A stretch of DNA of 64,000 nt from an uncultured Thermoplasmata archaeon (GCA_963838955.1 CAWISZ010000003.1:341121-405120); one strand, 5' to 3'. Positions 9,265-19,266 are shown, counted from the first letter of the stretch. The notes: generated from the letters alone by a model not told the origin. Numbers and translations are program-made.

Positions 9265-10265
9265 GCGCCCTGCTTCGATCGGGTACTGAAGTAGCGTAGG
9301 TCGACCTTCTCGACGGTGCTCACGCGCGCCCGCATCGGAGTGCGGAAGCGCAGGAGGCGTTTCGCCGGGCCCGGTAGCGACCCGTGAAGAACGATGCAGG
9401 CGCTCCGGACCTCGCCGTAGTGGGGAAAGCCGCCCGCGGGAGTGATCGGGTCCGTCCGCGGATCGCGGACGACCTTGAGGACTCGCATGTTGAGCTGGGT
9501 ACGACGATGGTACCCGGTTTGCCCGGCTTGAGGGACCCTATAGGTGACGAAGCTTGGATTGTGGGGACCGAGGGTCCCGATCATGCGGCGGTGCTTGGAA
9601 TTCTTGCGCGGTTGGAGCTTGACCCCCCAGCGTTGGATGTGGCCCTGGAAACCGAAACCCTTGGTGACCCCGATGACATCGAGGAACTGGCCCTCGGCCG
9701 TGAGTTGGTCGACGGAGACCTCGGTCCCTACGGCCGTGAGCGCGAACGCGCGCCGGTCCGCGAACTGGTCGCCGGCCACCCGGACCTCGAAAATCTCCGG
9801 GGTCTTCGAGGAGACCCCCGTGATGAGGTGAGGCTGGGTGTGCACGATCAGGCGAACCTCCTCGCCTGCGGCATGCTCGAACGCTTGGCGAGCCTCGGGC
9901 GAGCTCGGCGGGTGCGGAGAGATACGCCGCCCGATCTCCTCGACCGGGTTCTCACCCCATACCTCAGCGACGACCCGCTTACCATAGGGGTTCCGGGCGT
10001 AAATCCGGGCCCCGACCGCCCGCATGGGGGGGACCTCCACGACCGTGACCGGGACGGACAATTCCTGGCCGGCGGTCGTGGATCGCTTTCGATAGTCTAC
10101 GAGGAAGGCGTGAGTCATCCCGACCTTGAACCCGGCAAACCCCTCGATCGCCGGGGCCTTCGTCGGGGGGAGCGCCCAGGTGCGGACCCGGGGGAGCGCC
10201 CGGGCGGAGCGTTTGCGGGGTGAAAAGCCGAGAGACCCTCGGCGTGGTTTATGACGTCGGGCCAT
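9261..10265 (-). CDS. rpl3: 50S ribosomal protein L3
   Basis: PRRGSLGFSPRKR, GFKVGMTH, TKGFGFQG, GQTGYHRRT. Confidence 0.98.
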   Translation of the reverse strand: MARRHKPRRGSLGFSPRKRSARALPRVRTWALPPTKAPAIEGFAGFKVGMTHAFLVDYRKRSTTAGQELSVPVTVVEVPPMRAVGARIYARNPYGKRVVAEVWGENPVEEIGRRISPHPPSSPEARQAFEHAAGEEVRLIVHTQPHLITGVSSKTPEIFEVRVAGDQFADRRAFALTAVGTEVSVDQLTAEGQFLDVIGVTKGFGFQGHIQRWGVKLQPRKNSKHRRMIGTLGPHNPSFVTYRVPQAGQTGYHRRTQLNMRVLKVVRDPRTDPITPAGGFPHYGEVRSACIVLHGSLPGPAKRLLRFRTPMRARVSTVEKVDLRYFSTRSKQGA

Positions 10266-10314
10266 AGGTCGATAGGGGGTCCTGCCTCCGGTGAGGACGG
10301 GGGAGAAAGGTACC

Positions 10315-10322
10315 CTATATAA
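10315..10322 (-). promoter_or_regulatory. TATA box (TTATATAG) of the ribosomal protein operon
   Basis: AT-rich box in GC-rich background about 50 nt upstream of rpl3. Confidence 0.6.
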
Positions 10323-10428
10323 CGCCTTATCCGAAATCGCGATTTCTCACGAGAGAAAATGGAATTTTTCCCGAGGTGGGCCGAACCCGCGTCCCGGCCC
10401 GGTACCCAATCGAGTCCCCTAGGGGCGT

Positions 10429-10806
10429 TTACCTGGCACTTCGACGCGCGTTTTCGACCACCCGCGCTTTCACGATGCGGGTGACCAGATCGGTGGGCCA
10501 GGGGTGATATGGAGTGACGTGAGCGGTTCCTTTTCCCCGCTCGAACGACTTCAGTTTGGCGGAGAACTCGAGTCGCACGCGGTCGCTCCCGGCACAGAAG
10601 CTGCGGTGAATGTGGAACCCGCCGAACTACACGCGCATCCCGTTCTGGCGGAACGCGGGTATCTGGGAGCTGATGAGCTCCTCGGCGTCGGGAGCGGCGG
10701 CTCGGATCGTATGGCGCAGACTGTGGAGTGCGGCCCGGAACTTGGGAGGAACGCGAGCCGGGTACTCGTCTACGGACTGCGAGCCGGCGGTCCACCGAGG
10801 GACCAA
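10429..10806 (-). pseudogene. DUF1801/YdhG-like protein with in-frame TAG
   Basis: SVDEYPARVP...LRHTIRAAAPDAEELISSQIPAF...GMRV*FGGF...GKGT...DLVTRIVKARVVEN in one frame across a TAG at 10627-10629; start approximate. Confidence 0.7.
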
Positions 10807-10983
10807 GGCGATCGCATCGACACGGAACTCGTTAACGGCCTGCGTCGCGCGAACGGAGGGACTTCTCGTGAGCGCGATCGCCGATCCGCCATTCCCGGGA
10901 AGCGAGTTTCGTAGGAGGAGGGGGCTCGGATCCGAGCCGGCCCGAGCCTCAACCATTATGGTCCGCGATCGAATCGCGACGAC

Positions 10984-12234
10984 GTGGGGAACTCTCCGAA
11001 GGCGTTTGGCGACGCGGGCCATCCCGTCGACGTCCTCGCCGCAGCCGCGCGCCTGCGCGGCCGCGTCATCCGCACTCCGCTCGTGCGCGCTCCTTCGTTT
11101 CCCGGACTCGGCGACGCCGTCGTATATCTGAAGCTCGAGAATTTCCAGACCACAGGAGCGTTCAAGATCCGGGGCGCGATCAATCGGATCGCGCAGATAC
11201 CCGAGGAGGACGCCCGGCGCGGCGTCGCTGCGGCCTCCGCCGGTAATCACGCTCAGGGCGTCGCGTGGGCCGCGCGCGATCGGGGCATTCCCGCGACGAT
11301 CGTGATGCCCGAAACCGCTTCCCCGCTCAAAATCACCCGGACCCGCGCGCTCGGCGCACGCGTCGTACTGCACGGCGCGAACTACGACGAGGCGCACGAG
11401 TACGCACTCCAGCTCGCCGCCGAAGAACGGCTGACGTACGTGCATCCGTACGACGATCCCGACGTCATCTCGGGCCAAGGCACGGTCGGCCTCGAGATCC
11501 TCGAGGACCTGCCGACGGTTCGCCGAGTATTCGCGGGGGTAGGGGGCGGCGGCCTCCTATCGGGGATCGCGGCCGGCCTCCATTCGCAGCGGAGCTCCGC
11601 CGAAGTGGTTGGGATCCAACCGTCGGGCGCAGACACGCTTCGTGCGTCGCTCGCCGCGGGCCGGGTCGTCGAGGGAGCGACACCGAACACGTTCGCCGAT
11701 GGTCTCGCGACGCGCCACATCGGTCGGCTCCCGCTCGAGATCCTCCGAGCGGTCCACGCCCGGGCGTTCGTCGTCGACGATCGCGCGATCGCACGGGCCT
11801 CCTTCCTGCTCCTCGAGCTTGCCAAGGTGCTCGCGGAAGGCGCCGGGGCCGCGGCGCTCGCCGGACTCATCGAGCACCCCGAGCTCGCCCGCGACGGCCC
11901 CGTGGTCGTCGTTGTCAGCGGCGGAAACCTCGATCCGTTCGTGCTCGATCACGTGCTCTTCATCGGACTCGCGGCGGAGGGGCGACTGCTTCGGTTGCGT
12001 TCCGCGATGCGCGACGTTCCCGGCCAGCTCGCGGCGTTCCTGAAGATCGCCTCCGATTCGGGCGCCAACGTGCGCCGTCTCCACCACGAACGCGAGTCGC
12101 CGGATCTCCCTCCCGGTCGAGTGACGGTCGAGATCGAACTCGAGGTACGGGACGGCGCGCACGGCCTCGAGGTCGAGCACGCATACCGGGCGGCCCAGTG
12201 GCCGATCGAGCGGGTTCCCATCCTGACCTCTTGA
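10984..12234 (+). CDS. ilvA: Threonine ammonia-lyase with a single C-terminal ACT domain
   Basis: KLENFQTTGAFKIRG, ASAGNHAQG, GGGGL, SGGN. Confidence 0.92.
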   Translation: MGNSPKAFGDAGHPVDVLAAAARLRGRVIRTPLVRAPSFPGLGDAVVYLKLENFQTTGAFKIRGAINRIAQIPEEDARRGVAAASAGNHAQGVAWAARDRGIPATIVMPETASPLKITRTRALGARVVLHGANYDEAHEYALQLAAEERLTYVHPYDDPDVISGQGTVGLEILEDLPTVRRVFAGVGGGGLLSGIAAGLHSQRSSAEVVGIQPSGADTLRASLAAGRVVEGATPNTFADGLATRHIGRLPLEILRAVHARAFVVDDRAIARASFLLLELAKVLAEGAGAAALAGLIEHPELARDGPVVVVVSGGNLDPFVLDHVLFIGLAAEGRLLRLRSAMRDVPGQLAAFLKIASDSGANVRRLHHERESPDLPPGRVTVEIELEVRDGAHGLEVEHAYRAAQWPIERVPILTS

Positions 12235-12350
12235 GCGACGGAACTCCGGACCCGTCCGCGGGCCTCCCCTCTCTCCCGAGGTTAGCATCGGAAGCGAGTG
12301 CAATTGACAGGGGTAAATACCGGCACGCGCATCGTAGGGTACGGAGAACC

Positions 12351-12833
12351 ATGGCGCGCGAGACTCCTGAACCCCGTCCGGCGGTCGCTCGCCGATGGAC
12401 GGTCGGCGAAGCCAATGCGCGCCTCCCCCAACTCGACGAGGTGCTGCCCCAGCTCCGGGTCATGGTCGACCGACTGCGCGCGGTGCACGAGGAGGTCCAC
12501 CGACTCGCGTCGTTCTGGGGGCCGGAGATCGACTCGCCGGATCTTCCGGATCGCGAGCACAAAGACCGCTTGGACCAAGAATGGCGCCGTCTCACGCAGC
12601 GCATCGAGGACCGGGTCGGAGCCCTGCGCGAAGAAGGGATCGAGATCAAGGACCTCGACAGCGGCCTGATCGACTTCTACGGGACGGTCGACGGGGAGCT
12701 CGTGTTCTTGTGTTGGCAGCGCGGAGAGGACCAGATCGCCTACTACCACCCGCTCTCGGGAGGCTATCGGACCCGCCGCCCCATCGAGAAGAACGCCCGC
12801 CGCGCGACCGTGGATCCACGCGGTTCGCACTAA
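12351..12833 (+). CDS. DUF2203 domain protein
   Basis: WTVGEANARLP...IKDLDSGLIDF...LCWQRGE...GGYRTRRPI; TATA-like GTAAATA ~30 nt upstream. Confidence 0.85.
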   Translation: MARETPEPRPAVARRWTVGEANARLPQLDEVLPQLRVMVDRLRAVHEEVHRLASFWGPEIDSPDLPDREHKDRLDQEWRRLTQRIEDRVGALREEGIEIKDLDSGLIDFYGTVDGELVFLCWQRGEDQIAYYHPLSGGYRTRRPIEKNARRATVDPRGSH

Positions 12834-13747
12834 ACCGTCTCCGACGGCTGTCCGGCGAGGGCCATCTCGACCAATCCGATCCCCACGGCGAAACCGCCGA
12901 GCACGGCGACCGGGATCGTCATCAGCGACGGGATCGGGGCGGCCACTTCGATGCTGAGGAGGGCGATCGGTAGAGGGGCGAGGAGCGAGCCGAATCCCGC
13001 GGCGACACCGAAGATCGGGCGCGAAGATCGTCGCGTGCGGACGATCGCGAACGCATCGACGATCGCCACGAGAGCGAGCAGACCCGCGGTCGCCCACAGC
13101 TCCGCCACGAGCGACTCGAGCGTCGGGAACGGAGAGACGTAGATGGTCGTGCTGTTCGAGGGGGACGGGTTCAACGTCAGCGAGAGCCCGGTTGACGATC
13201 CCCCGGATACGTACACCGGCGATAGGAAGAGGTAGACCGCGGTGTAGGCGTAGGCCGTCTTCGTCGTGTTGAGCAGGATCCCGCCGCCCGGCACGTTCGT
13301 GAAGGAGAACGTCCCCGCAAGGCCCGTCGTGAACGTCGAGGATTGGTTCGCCTCGGTCGTCAGCTCCACCTCAGCGCCCGCGAGCGGTGAGCCGTTCGGT
13401 GCGACGACGGTTCCGCTCACCGTGAAGGTCGCCGGTTGCTCGGCGAGGACCCCGACGTACCCGAACGCGCCGACGAGCCCGGCGCAGATCACGAGCGACG
13501 CGAAGAGGGCGTAGATCGTGGCCGGCCGACGGTGCAGCCGAGGCGGCCGGGGGGGAATGTAGATGGGATATAGGCCGGGATAGATTTCCCAGCTGAAGAG
13601 GGGCGGCCGGTCGCGCGGGAGGACGATCGGCACCGCCGCACGACATTGGGGGCACGGGATCCATTGGGTGGCGGGGCCCGAACCGGGGAGGACGGCAAAG
13701 GTCGTGCCGCAGTGCGGACACCGGACCGAGAGCGCGCCCGACAACAT
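12830..13747 (-). CDS. Membrane protein with N-terminal Zn-ribbon and carboxypeptidase-regulatory-like (Ig) domain
   Basis: CPHC...CPQC, TM helix, VSGTVV...PLAGAEV domain, three C-terminal TM helices. Confidence 0.7.
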   Translation of the reverse strand: MLSGALSVRCPHCGTTFAVLPGSGPATQWIPCPQCRAAVPIVLPRDRPPLFSWEIYPGLYPIYIPPRPPRLHRRPATIYALFASLVICAGLVGAFGYVGVLAEQPATFTVSGTVVAPNGSPLAGAEVELTTEANQSSTFTTGLAGTFSFTNVPGGGILLNTTKTAYAYTAVYLFLSPVYVSGGSSTGLSLTLNPSPSNSTTIYVSPFPTLESLVAELWATAGLLALVAIVDAFAIVRTRRSSRPIFGVAAGFGSLLAPLPIALLSIEVAAPIPSLMTIPVAVLGGFAVGIGLVEMALAGQPSETV

Positions 13748-13780
13748 CCAACGACGACGACCCCGCGCAGGGTCATATCG

Positions 13781-14368
13781 TTGCGTCGGGCACTCGTGAA
13801 ACCGCATGTGCGGGTCGTGGGCATCGATGATGGCGCCTTCCAGCGCACCGATCGCCGGGCCCCGATCGCTGCGGTCGTGCTCTCCGTGCCCCAGTACATC
13901 GAGTCGGTGGAAGTCGGCTCGGTCGAGGTCGATGGCCACGACTCGACCGAGCGCGTCGTCGAGCTCGTGCGCCGGACCGGGCACGTCGCCGATCTACGAG
14001 CGGTCCTCCTGGACGGGGTCGTCCTCGGCGGCTTCAACGTCCTCGATCTGGATCGGCTCACGCGCGAGCTCCGTCTACCGGTCGTGAGCCTGACGCGTCG
14101 GGCTCCGGACCTCGCGCGGATCCGGGCCGCCCTCGTGAAATGGTTCCCCCGGGACGCGCGACGACGCTACGCGCTCCTTACGGCCCATCGCCTGTTTCGG
14201 GTCCCCACCTCGGGCCGATCGATCTTCGCGAGCGCCGTCGGGTGCCGGCGGGTCGACGCCCTCGCGTTGATCCGGCGGACCACCGTTCGGGGATTCTGGC
14301 CGGAACCGCTACGCCTCGCTCACCTCATCGCGTCGGCGGGAAGCCTGCGGGCGCGAGCCAAGGATTAA
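13781..14368 (+). CDS. DUF99 family protein (endonuclease V-like, endonuclease dU)
   Basis: VVGIDDG, VDGHDST, LLDGVVLGGFNV, PEPLRLAHLIA; start approximate. Confidence 0.85.
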   Translation: MRRALVKPHVRVVGIDDGAFQRTDRRAPIAAVVLSVPQYIESVEVGSVEVDGHDSTERVVELVRRTGHVADLRAVLLDGVVLGGFNVLDLDRLTRELRLPVVSLTRRAPDLARIRAALVKWFPRDARRRYALLTAHRLFRVPTSGRSIFASAVGCRRVDALALIRRTTVRGFWPEPLRLAHLIASAGSLRARAKD

Positions 14369-14393
14369 GGGGCGAGGATTCGTACCGACCTTC

Positions 14394-14501
14394 GGGCCTG
14401 TAGCTTAGCTTGGATGAAGCACTGGCCTTCTAAGCCAGCAAACTCGGGTTCAAAGGTCCCGCGGCGCACGCCGCCCGGGACGGAAGCTCCCGACAGGCCC
14501 G
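14394..14501 (+). tRNA. tRNA-Arg(UCU) with 33-nt intron at position 59/60 (14455-14487)
   Basis: Acceptor GGGCCTG/CAGGCCC, D stem GCTT/AAGC, anticodon arm CTGGC-CTTCTAA-GCCAG, T stem TCGGG/CCCGA; splicing restores T loop TTCAAAT; TTAAG box ~30 nt upstream; no encoded CCA. Confidence 0.92.
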
Positions 14502-14526
14502 CCCCGTCCCGAGCGCTGCCCGAACG

Positions 14527-15747
14527 CTACCCGGACGAGATTCGGTCCGGTGAAGCGCCCTGCTCGATGAGTCGCCGATAGATCTCGGATATTCGGGTGG
14601 CCATCGCATCGATCGACGCCGTCGTGCGGACGAACGTGCGGGCGTTCTCCCCCATGCGTCGCCGCTCCTCCGGGCGATCGACCAGGGTGATGATCGCGCG
14701 GGCGAGCGCCTGGGGGTCCTGCACGGCGACCCGCCGACCGGTGACCCCGTCCGCGATGATCTCCGCCGGACCGCCGACCTCGGGGCCGATGCATGGGGTC
14801 CCGCATGCCATGGCCTCGAGCATCCCGATGCTGGCGGTATCGCTCGTCGAGGGGAGCACGAAGATCGAGGATTGAGCGAGCAGTGCGCCCTTCTCCGCCT
14901 CCGCGACGGGTCCGACGTAGCGCACGCGACCAGAGAGGCGTGCATCGCGCGCGATGCGCTCGCGTACCGCAGCCTCTTCCGGCCCCGTTCCGCCGACGAT
15001 CGCGACCATGTCGGTGTGATCGGCGGCGTTCGCGATCGCGTCCAGGAAGCGGTGCACGCCCTTGTCTACCGTCAGCCGTCCGAGGTACGTAACGAGGGGA
15101 TCGGTCGGAAGTCCGCAGCGCGTCCTCCAGTCCGGGACGCTCAGGCCGGGGTGAAAACTGTCGAGATCGATGCCGTTCGGGATGACCTCGACGGGCCGGC
15201 GGAACGGCTTGGAGGCATGGGCGAGGAGCGCGGACCGTGCGGCCTGCGTCGGCGCGGTGGTGATGTTGCATCGCCAGTACAGGCCGACATTGTACCACCA
15301 CGCGAGCCGGAAGAACGTGGGGATCAGCCACTTCGCCGGAACGCTGTCCTGCATCGCTCCGAGATTCGTGTGGAACGTGCCGACGAGCGGGGCGTGGAGA
15401 TGTCGGGCGAGCAGGAAGCCCATACTGCCGATGAACCCCGGGGAGTGAAGGTGGACGACATCGGCGTTGGACAGAACCCGCTCGCTCGAACGCGCCCACA
15501 GCGGAAGGACGGAGGAGAACAGGGGCTGGGAGTACTGCGTGTAGAGCGGCACCGGGAGCGAACGGAAACGCACTACCCGGACCCCACCCTCGATCGACTC
15601 CCGAGTCGGCTCTCCCCGCACCGCGTGAGGCGCGTACACGTGGACCTGGTGACCCTGCCGGGCAAGCGATCGCGCCAGACCGTCGACGGTCACGGCGACA
15701 CCGTCCCGCGTCGGAAGGTAGGAGTCGGTGAAGAATGCGATCTCCAT
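14527..15747 (-). CDS. Glycosyltransferase family 4
   Basis: FFTDSYLPTRDGV, IPNGID, YLGRL...KG, LEAMACGTP. Confidence 0.92.
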   Translation of the reverse strand: MEIAFFTDSYLPTRDGVAVTVDGLARSLARQGHQVHVYAPHAVRGEPTRESIEGGVRVVRFRSLPVPLYTQYSQPLFSSVLPLWARSSERVLSNADVVHLHSPGFIGSMGFLLARHLHAPLVGTFHTNLGAMQDSVPAKWLIPTFFRLAWWYNVGLYWRCNITTAPTQAARSALLAHASKPFRRPVEVIPNGIDLDSFHPGLSVPDWRTRCGLPTDPLVTYLGRLTVDKGVHRFLDAIANAADHTDMVAIVGGTGPEEAAVRERIARDARLSGRVRYVGPVAEAEKGALLAQSSIFVLPSTSDTASIGMLEAMACGTPCIGPEVGGPAEIIADGVTGRRVAVQDPQALARAIITLVDRPEERRRMGENARTFVRTTASIDAMATRISEIYRRLIEQGASPDRISSG

Positions 15748-15766
15748 CCGTACGATCTCCGTGCGG

Positions 15767-16525
15767 TTACGCCTGGGTCGAGAACGTCCGCTGAATCCGG
15801 GTGAACTGCTTGAGGTCGAGCGCCGCGGCGTCGATCGACACGACGACCGCCGAGCCGGTGCTCCGCGCCTCGTCGGTGAGCCAGGCCGCGAACTGGACCA
15901 TCGTGTCGGTGGGCTCTTCGGCGAGAAGGAAGTCGAGCGCGTCGGTGTAGACGAGGGCTCCTCCGGCCATCGCCTCGCGCAGCCGACCCCCGATCTGGCC
16001 CAACGGGATCGGGCGGGCCACCTCCCCCGGCGCACTCGCCGAGGTCAAGCTCAGCTCGACACGTCGCGCCGCGGGGAGCCCGGGCAGTGCCGGAGGGTGC
16101 AAGGACAGTAGGATCGTCCGGGGAAAATCTGCCAGGACCGCGGCGACGAGCGCGAGAGCGCGGGACGGATGCGGCTCGTTGACGAGGTAGCTCTGGCGAG
16201 GGACGACGTGGACGGTCCCGCCTCCGGGCGACCAGCTGCGCGGAGGCGGGGGCCCGTTCGCGAAGAGGACATCGGCGCGCGTTCGAGGGGGCCCGAGCAT
16301 GCTCCGTCGTCGGAGCTCGACCTCGTCCTCGACTCGCGCGAGTCGGCCCTGCACGAGGAGGCGGAGCTCGGAGGCGGTGTACCCCTCGGAGACGTGCTGG
16401 AGGATATCCTTGAGCGCGGTGCGGATCCCCTCGCCGAACCCTTCGGCATACGCCCGGGCACGCTCCTCGTCCGCCGGCGGATCGCCGTTGTCGCGCGCGT
16501 CCCCGGTGCTCGTCCGATCCGTCAC
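15767..16525 (-). CDS. DUF835-like domain protein
   Basis: C-terminal SYLVNE...LVYTDALDFLL...VVVSID pattern typical of the degenerate KaiC/RecA-like DUF835. Confidence 0.55.
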   Translation of the reverse strand: MTDRTSTGDARDNGDPPADEERARAYAEGFGEGIRTALKDILQHVSEGYTASELRLLVQGRLARVEDEVELRRRSMLGPPRTRADVLFANGPPPPRSWSPGGGTVHVVPRQSYLVNEPHPSRALALVAAVLADFPRTILLSLHPPALPGLPAARRVELSLTSASAPGEVARPIPLGQIGGRLREAMAGGALVYTDALDFLLAEEPTDTMVQFAAWLTDEARSTGSAVVVSIDAAALDLKQFTRIQRTFSTQA

Positions 16526-17013
16526 GCCGGGGCCCGGCTCCGTCCGGGGGGCTCCGCCACCGGCGCCGGTCCCTTGGAACCGCCGCGCGGGGGCCGGCGG
16601 TCCCCGGCGGTCGACGGGGCGAACTTGTACCCGTAATGAATTACGCCCGCCCGTCCTTCCTCGCGGAGTTTACGGAACATCGCGTGGACGGGCATTCCGA
16701 TCTCGACCTCGGCCGGATCGACGTCGACGACCTGTCCGGTGAGCATCGGCCCCTCCACCGTCTTCACGAGCGCGAGCACGTAGGGGACCTGCATCTCGAA
16801 TCCCTCCGCTGCGTCGTGGACGATCGAGAACGAGAAGACCTCGCCGTCCCCGGAGAGCTGGAGCGGCACCATCTTGCCGATCGAGTGGCGGTGGTGCGTG
16901 CAGGTAGGACATACGGAGCGCGGCGGGAAGTACACGGTGTTGCAGATCGAGCACTTCGATCCGCCGAGATTGTACCGGCGAGGAGTTTCGCGCCAGAATC
17001 GTGCGATCGACAT
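16522..17013 (-). CDS. DUF35 Zn-ribbon/OB-fold protein (thiolase-HMGCS scaffold)
   Basis: CSIC...FPPRSVCPTC, GEVFSFS, YGYKF. Confidence 0.93.
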   Translation of the reverse strand: MSIARFWRETPRRYNLGGSKCSICNTVYFPPRSVCPTCTHHRHSIGKMVPLQLSGDGEVFSFSIVHDAAEGFEMQVPYVLALVKTVEGPMLTGQVVDVDPAEVEIGMPVHAMFRKLREEGRAGVIHYGYKFAPSTAGDRRPPRGGSKGPAPVAEPPGRSRAPA

Positions 17014-17022
17014 GGTCCCCTC

Positions 17023-18192
17023 CTAGTTGGTCCTCTCGAGCAGATGGACCACGCTCGTAGCCCCCGTCCCGCCGACATCGTGCGCGAGCCCGAGGGTCGC
17101 TCCGGCGACCTGTCGGTCCTTGGCGTCGCCTCGGAGCTGGCGGACCAATTCGACGACCTGGGCGACCCCCGCGGCCCCGAACGGGCGTCCCTGCGCCTTG
17201 AAACCTCCGGAAGTGTTCACCACCACGCGGCCACCGCGGCCGAACTCGCCCGCCGCGAACGCAGCGCCCGCGGCTCCCTTCGCCACGAACCCGATGTCCT
17301 CGAGCGCGACGAGCGCTCCGATCGAGAAGCCATCGAAGATCTCGGCGATCTGTACGTCCTCCGGCGCCCGCCGGGCCTGCTGGAACGCTCGACGGGCCGC
17401 CACGGCGGTCGAGTCGAGCGTCGTGATGTCGCGCCGGTGGTGGACCGCCATCGTGTCGCAGGCGACCTGGCTCGCTGAAATGTGGATCGGAGTGTCCGTG
17501 TACTTGCGCGCGCCCTCCAACGGGCCGAGCACGACCGCGGCGGCCCCGTCGGAAAGGGGGGCGCAGTCGAGCATGCCGAGGGGCTCCGCGACCGGGGTGG
17601 CACCGAGGACCTGCTCGAGCGTGATCTTGTTGCGGTAGTGCGCGTTGGGGTTCTTCCCCGCCATCTCGTGGTCCTGAACGGGAACCGCCGCGAACTCTTC
17701 GCGCTTGGTCCCGTAGTCGTGCATGTGGCGTCGGGCGATGAGCGCCCAGAGGCCGGGAAGCGTGGCGCCGAAGACGACCTCCCATTCGTGGTCCGCGGCC
17801 GAATCGGCGATCTGGTTGCCGGTGATGTCCGGTACGTCCGTCAGCTTCTCAGCGCCTCCGACCACGACGAAGTCGTACTGCCCGCTCGCCACCGCGAGGT
17901 AGCCGGCGTGCAGCGCGAGCGCACCCGAGGCCCCTCCGCCTTCCACCCGAACGGCGGGTAGATTGCGGTTTCCGAGTCCGGCGTAGTCGAGGATCAAGGG
18001 AGCGATCTGCTCCTGATCGATGAGGCGGCCGGCGGACATGTTGCCGAGGAAGAGGCCTTGGAGCTGGCCGGACTCGAGCTTCGCATCGACCAGCGCCTGG
18101 AGACCGGCCTCGATGCCGATCTCCCGGAACGATCGATCCCACAGCTCTCCGAACTTCGTCTGTCCAGCGCCGAGAACGGCGACCTCGCGCAT
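17023..18192 (-). CDS. Archaeal thiolase-family protein lacking catalytic residues
   Basis: TKFGELW, VGGAEK, SDGAAAV identify the fold; EGGGASG, EIFDGF and GRP replace ExxCASG, ExHDCF and GHP. Confidence 0.9.
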   Translation of the reverse strand: MREVAVLGAGQTKFGELWDRSFREIGIEAGLQALVDAKLESGQLQGLFLGNMSAGRLIDQEQIAPLILDYAGLGNRNLPAVRVEGGGASGALALHAGYLAVASGQYDFVVVGGAEKLTDVPDITGNQIADSAADHEWEVVFGATLPGLWALIARRHMHDYGTKREEFAAVPVQDHEMAGKNPNAHYRNKITLEQVLGATPVAEPLGMLDCAPLSDGAAAVVLGPLEGARKYTDTPIHISASQVACDTMAVHHRRDITTLDSTAVAARRAFQQARRAPEDVQIAEIFDGFSIGALVALEDIGFVAKGAAGAAFAAGEFGRGGRVVVNTSGGFKAQGRPFGAAGVAQVVELVRQLRGDAKDRQVAGATLGLAHDVGGTGATSVVHLLERTN

Positions 18193-18194
18193 CG

Positions 18195-19247
18195 TCAGTC
18201 GCCTCCCATGTGGATCTTTCCACGGAACTTCGCGTAGACCGCGTAGGGTAGGTCGATCCCGTGGTCGAGGTAGTCCTGGACGGGGCGGCCGTAGCCTCGG
18301 TCGAGGCGGGTGAGCTCCTCCGTCGTCTCGAGATCGAACGCGTCGCTTCCCGCGCCCGAGCCGTATCCGACCATGAGGATCCGCTCGTGGGGCTTCGCGT
18401 AGTCGAGGACATTGGCGAGCCCGATCAGGGCCGCGCCCGAGTAGGTGTTACCGATGTACGGCGTGACGAGCCCGTGGCGCATCTGCTGCTCGGTGAACCC
18501 CATCTGTTTGCCCACCCGCTGCGGGAACTTCCCGTTGGGCTGGTGGAAGACGACGTGCGCGTAGTCCCGTGGTGTGCTCCCGACCTCTTCCATGAGGCGA
18601 CGTCCGCACTCGGTGACGTGGCGGAAGTATGCGGGCTCGCCCGTGAATCGACCCCCGTGGCTCGGGTACCGCTCCCCCTCCCGGCGCCAGAAGTCCGGAG
18701 TGTCCGTCGTGTAGGAGAGGGTCTTGCGCAGCGAGCAGATGACCCGTTCCCTCCCGATCACGAACGCGGCGCCGCCCGCGCTCGCGCTGTACTCGAGCGC
18801 GTCGCCGGGCGCGCCCTGGGAGGTGTCCGAACCGATCGCGACGCCGTAGCGCACCATCCGTGACTCGACCAGGCCGAGGCAGGTCTGGATCGCGGCCGTC
18901 CCGGCCTTGCACGCAAACTCGAAGTCGGCCGCGGTGAGGTTCGGAGTGGCTCCGACCGCTTGCGCTACGACCGTGGCGCTCGGCTTGACCGCGTACGGAT
19001 GCGATTCCGAACCGACATAGAGCGCCCCGATCTCCTGGGGATCGATCGCCCCGCGGATCAGCGCCGTTCGCAAGGCCTCCGTCGAGATCGTGATCGTGTC
19101 CTCGTCCGGCGCGGGTACGCTCTTGCGGTGGACGTTGAGCCCCTGGCCCATGGCCGCGCCATCGACCCCCCATACCTTCCCGATCTCGGTCGGCGTGATC
19201 CGGTACCGCGGGACGTACGCTCCGTAACTCACTATGCCTGCTTCCAT
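18195..19247 (-). CDS. Hydroxymethylglutaryl-CoA synthase (archaeal type)
   Basis: [42 protein letters not shown]. Confidence 0.96.
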   Translation of the reverse strand: MEAGIVSYGAYVPRYRITPTEIGKVWGVDGAAMGQGLNVHRKSVPAPDEDTITISTEALRTALIRGAIDPQEIGALYVGSESHPYAVKPSATVVAQAVGATPNLTAADFEFACKAGTAAIQTCLGLVESRMVRYGVAIGSDTSQGAPGDALEYSASAGGAAFVIGRERVICSLRKTLSYTTDTPDFWRREGERYPSHGGRFTGEPAYFRHVTECGRRLMEEVGSTPRDYAHVVFHQPNGKFPQRVGKQMGFTEQQMRHGLVTPYIGNTYSGAALIGLANVLDYAKPHERILMVGYGSGAGSDAFDLETTEELTRLDRGYGRPVQDYLDHGIDLPYAVYAKFRGKIHMGGD

Positions 19248-19266
19248 GTGTTTCGACCTCCGTGTC

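Noticed and set aside
10627..10629. Pyrrolysine readthrough of the TAG in the DUF1801 frame
   Set aside because: The position matches an aromatic codon one mutation away from TAG, other residues are decayed, and no pyl genes are in the window
12281..12305. TTAGCATCG...GAGTGCAAT, CIRCE-like
   Set aside because: Spacer is 5 nt rather than 9 and there is no heat-shock gene downstream
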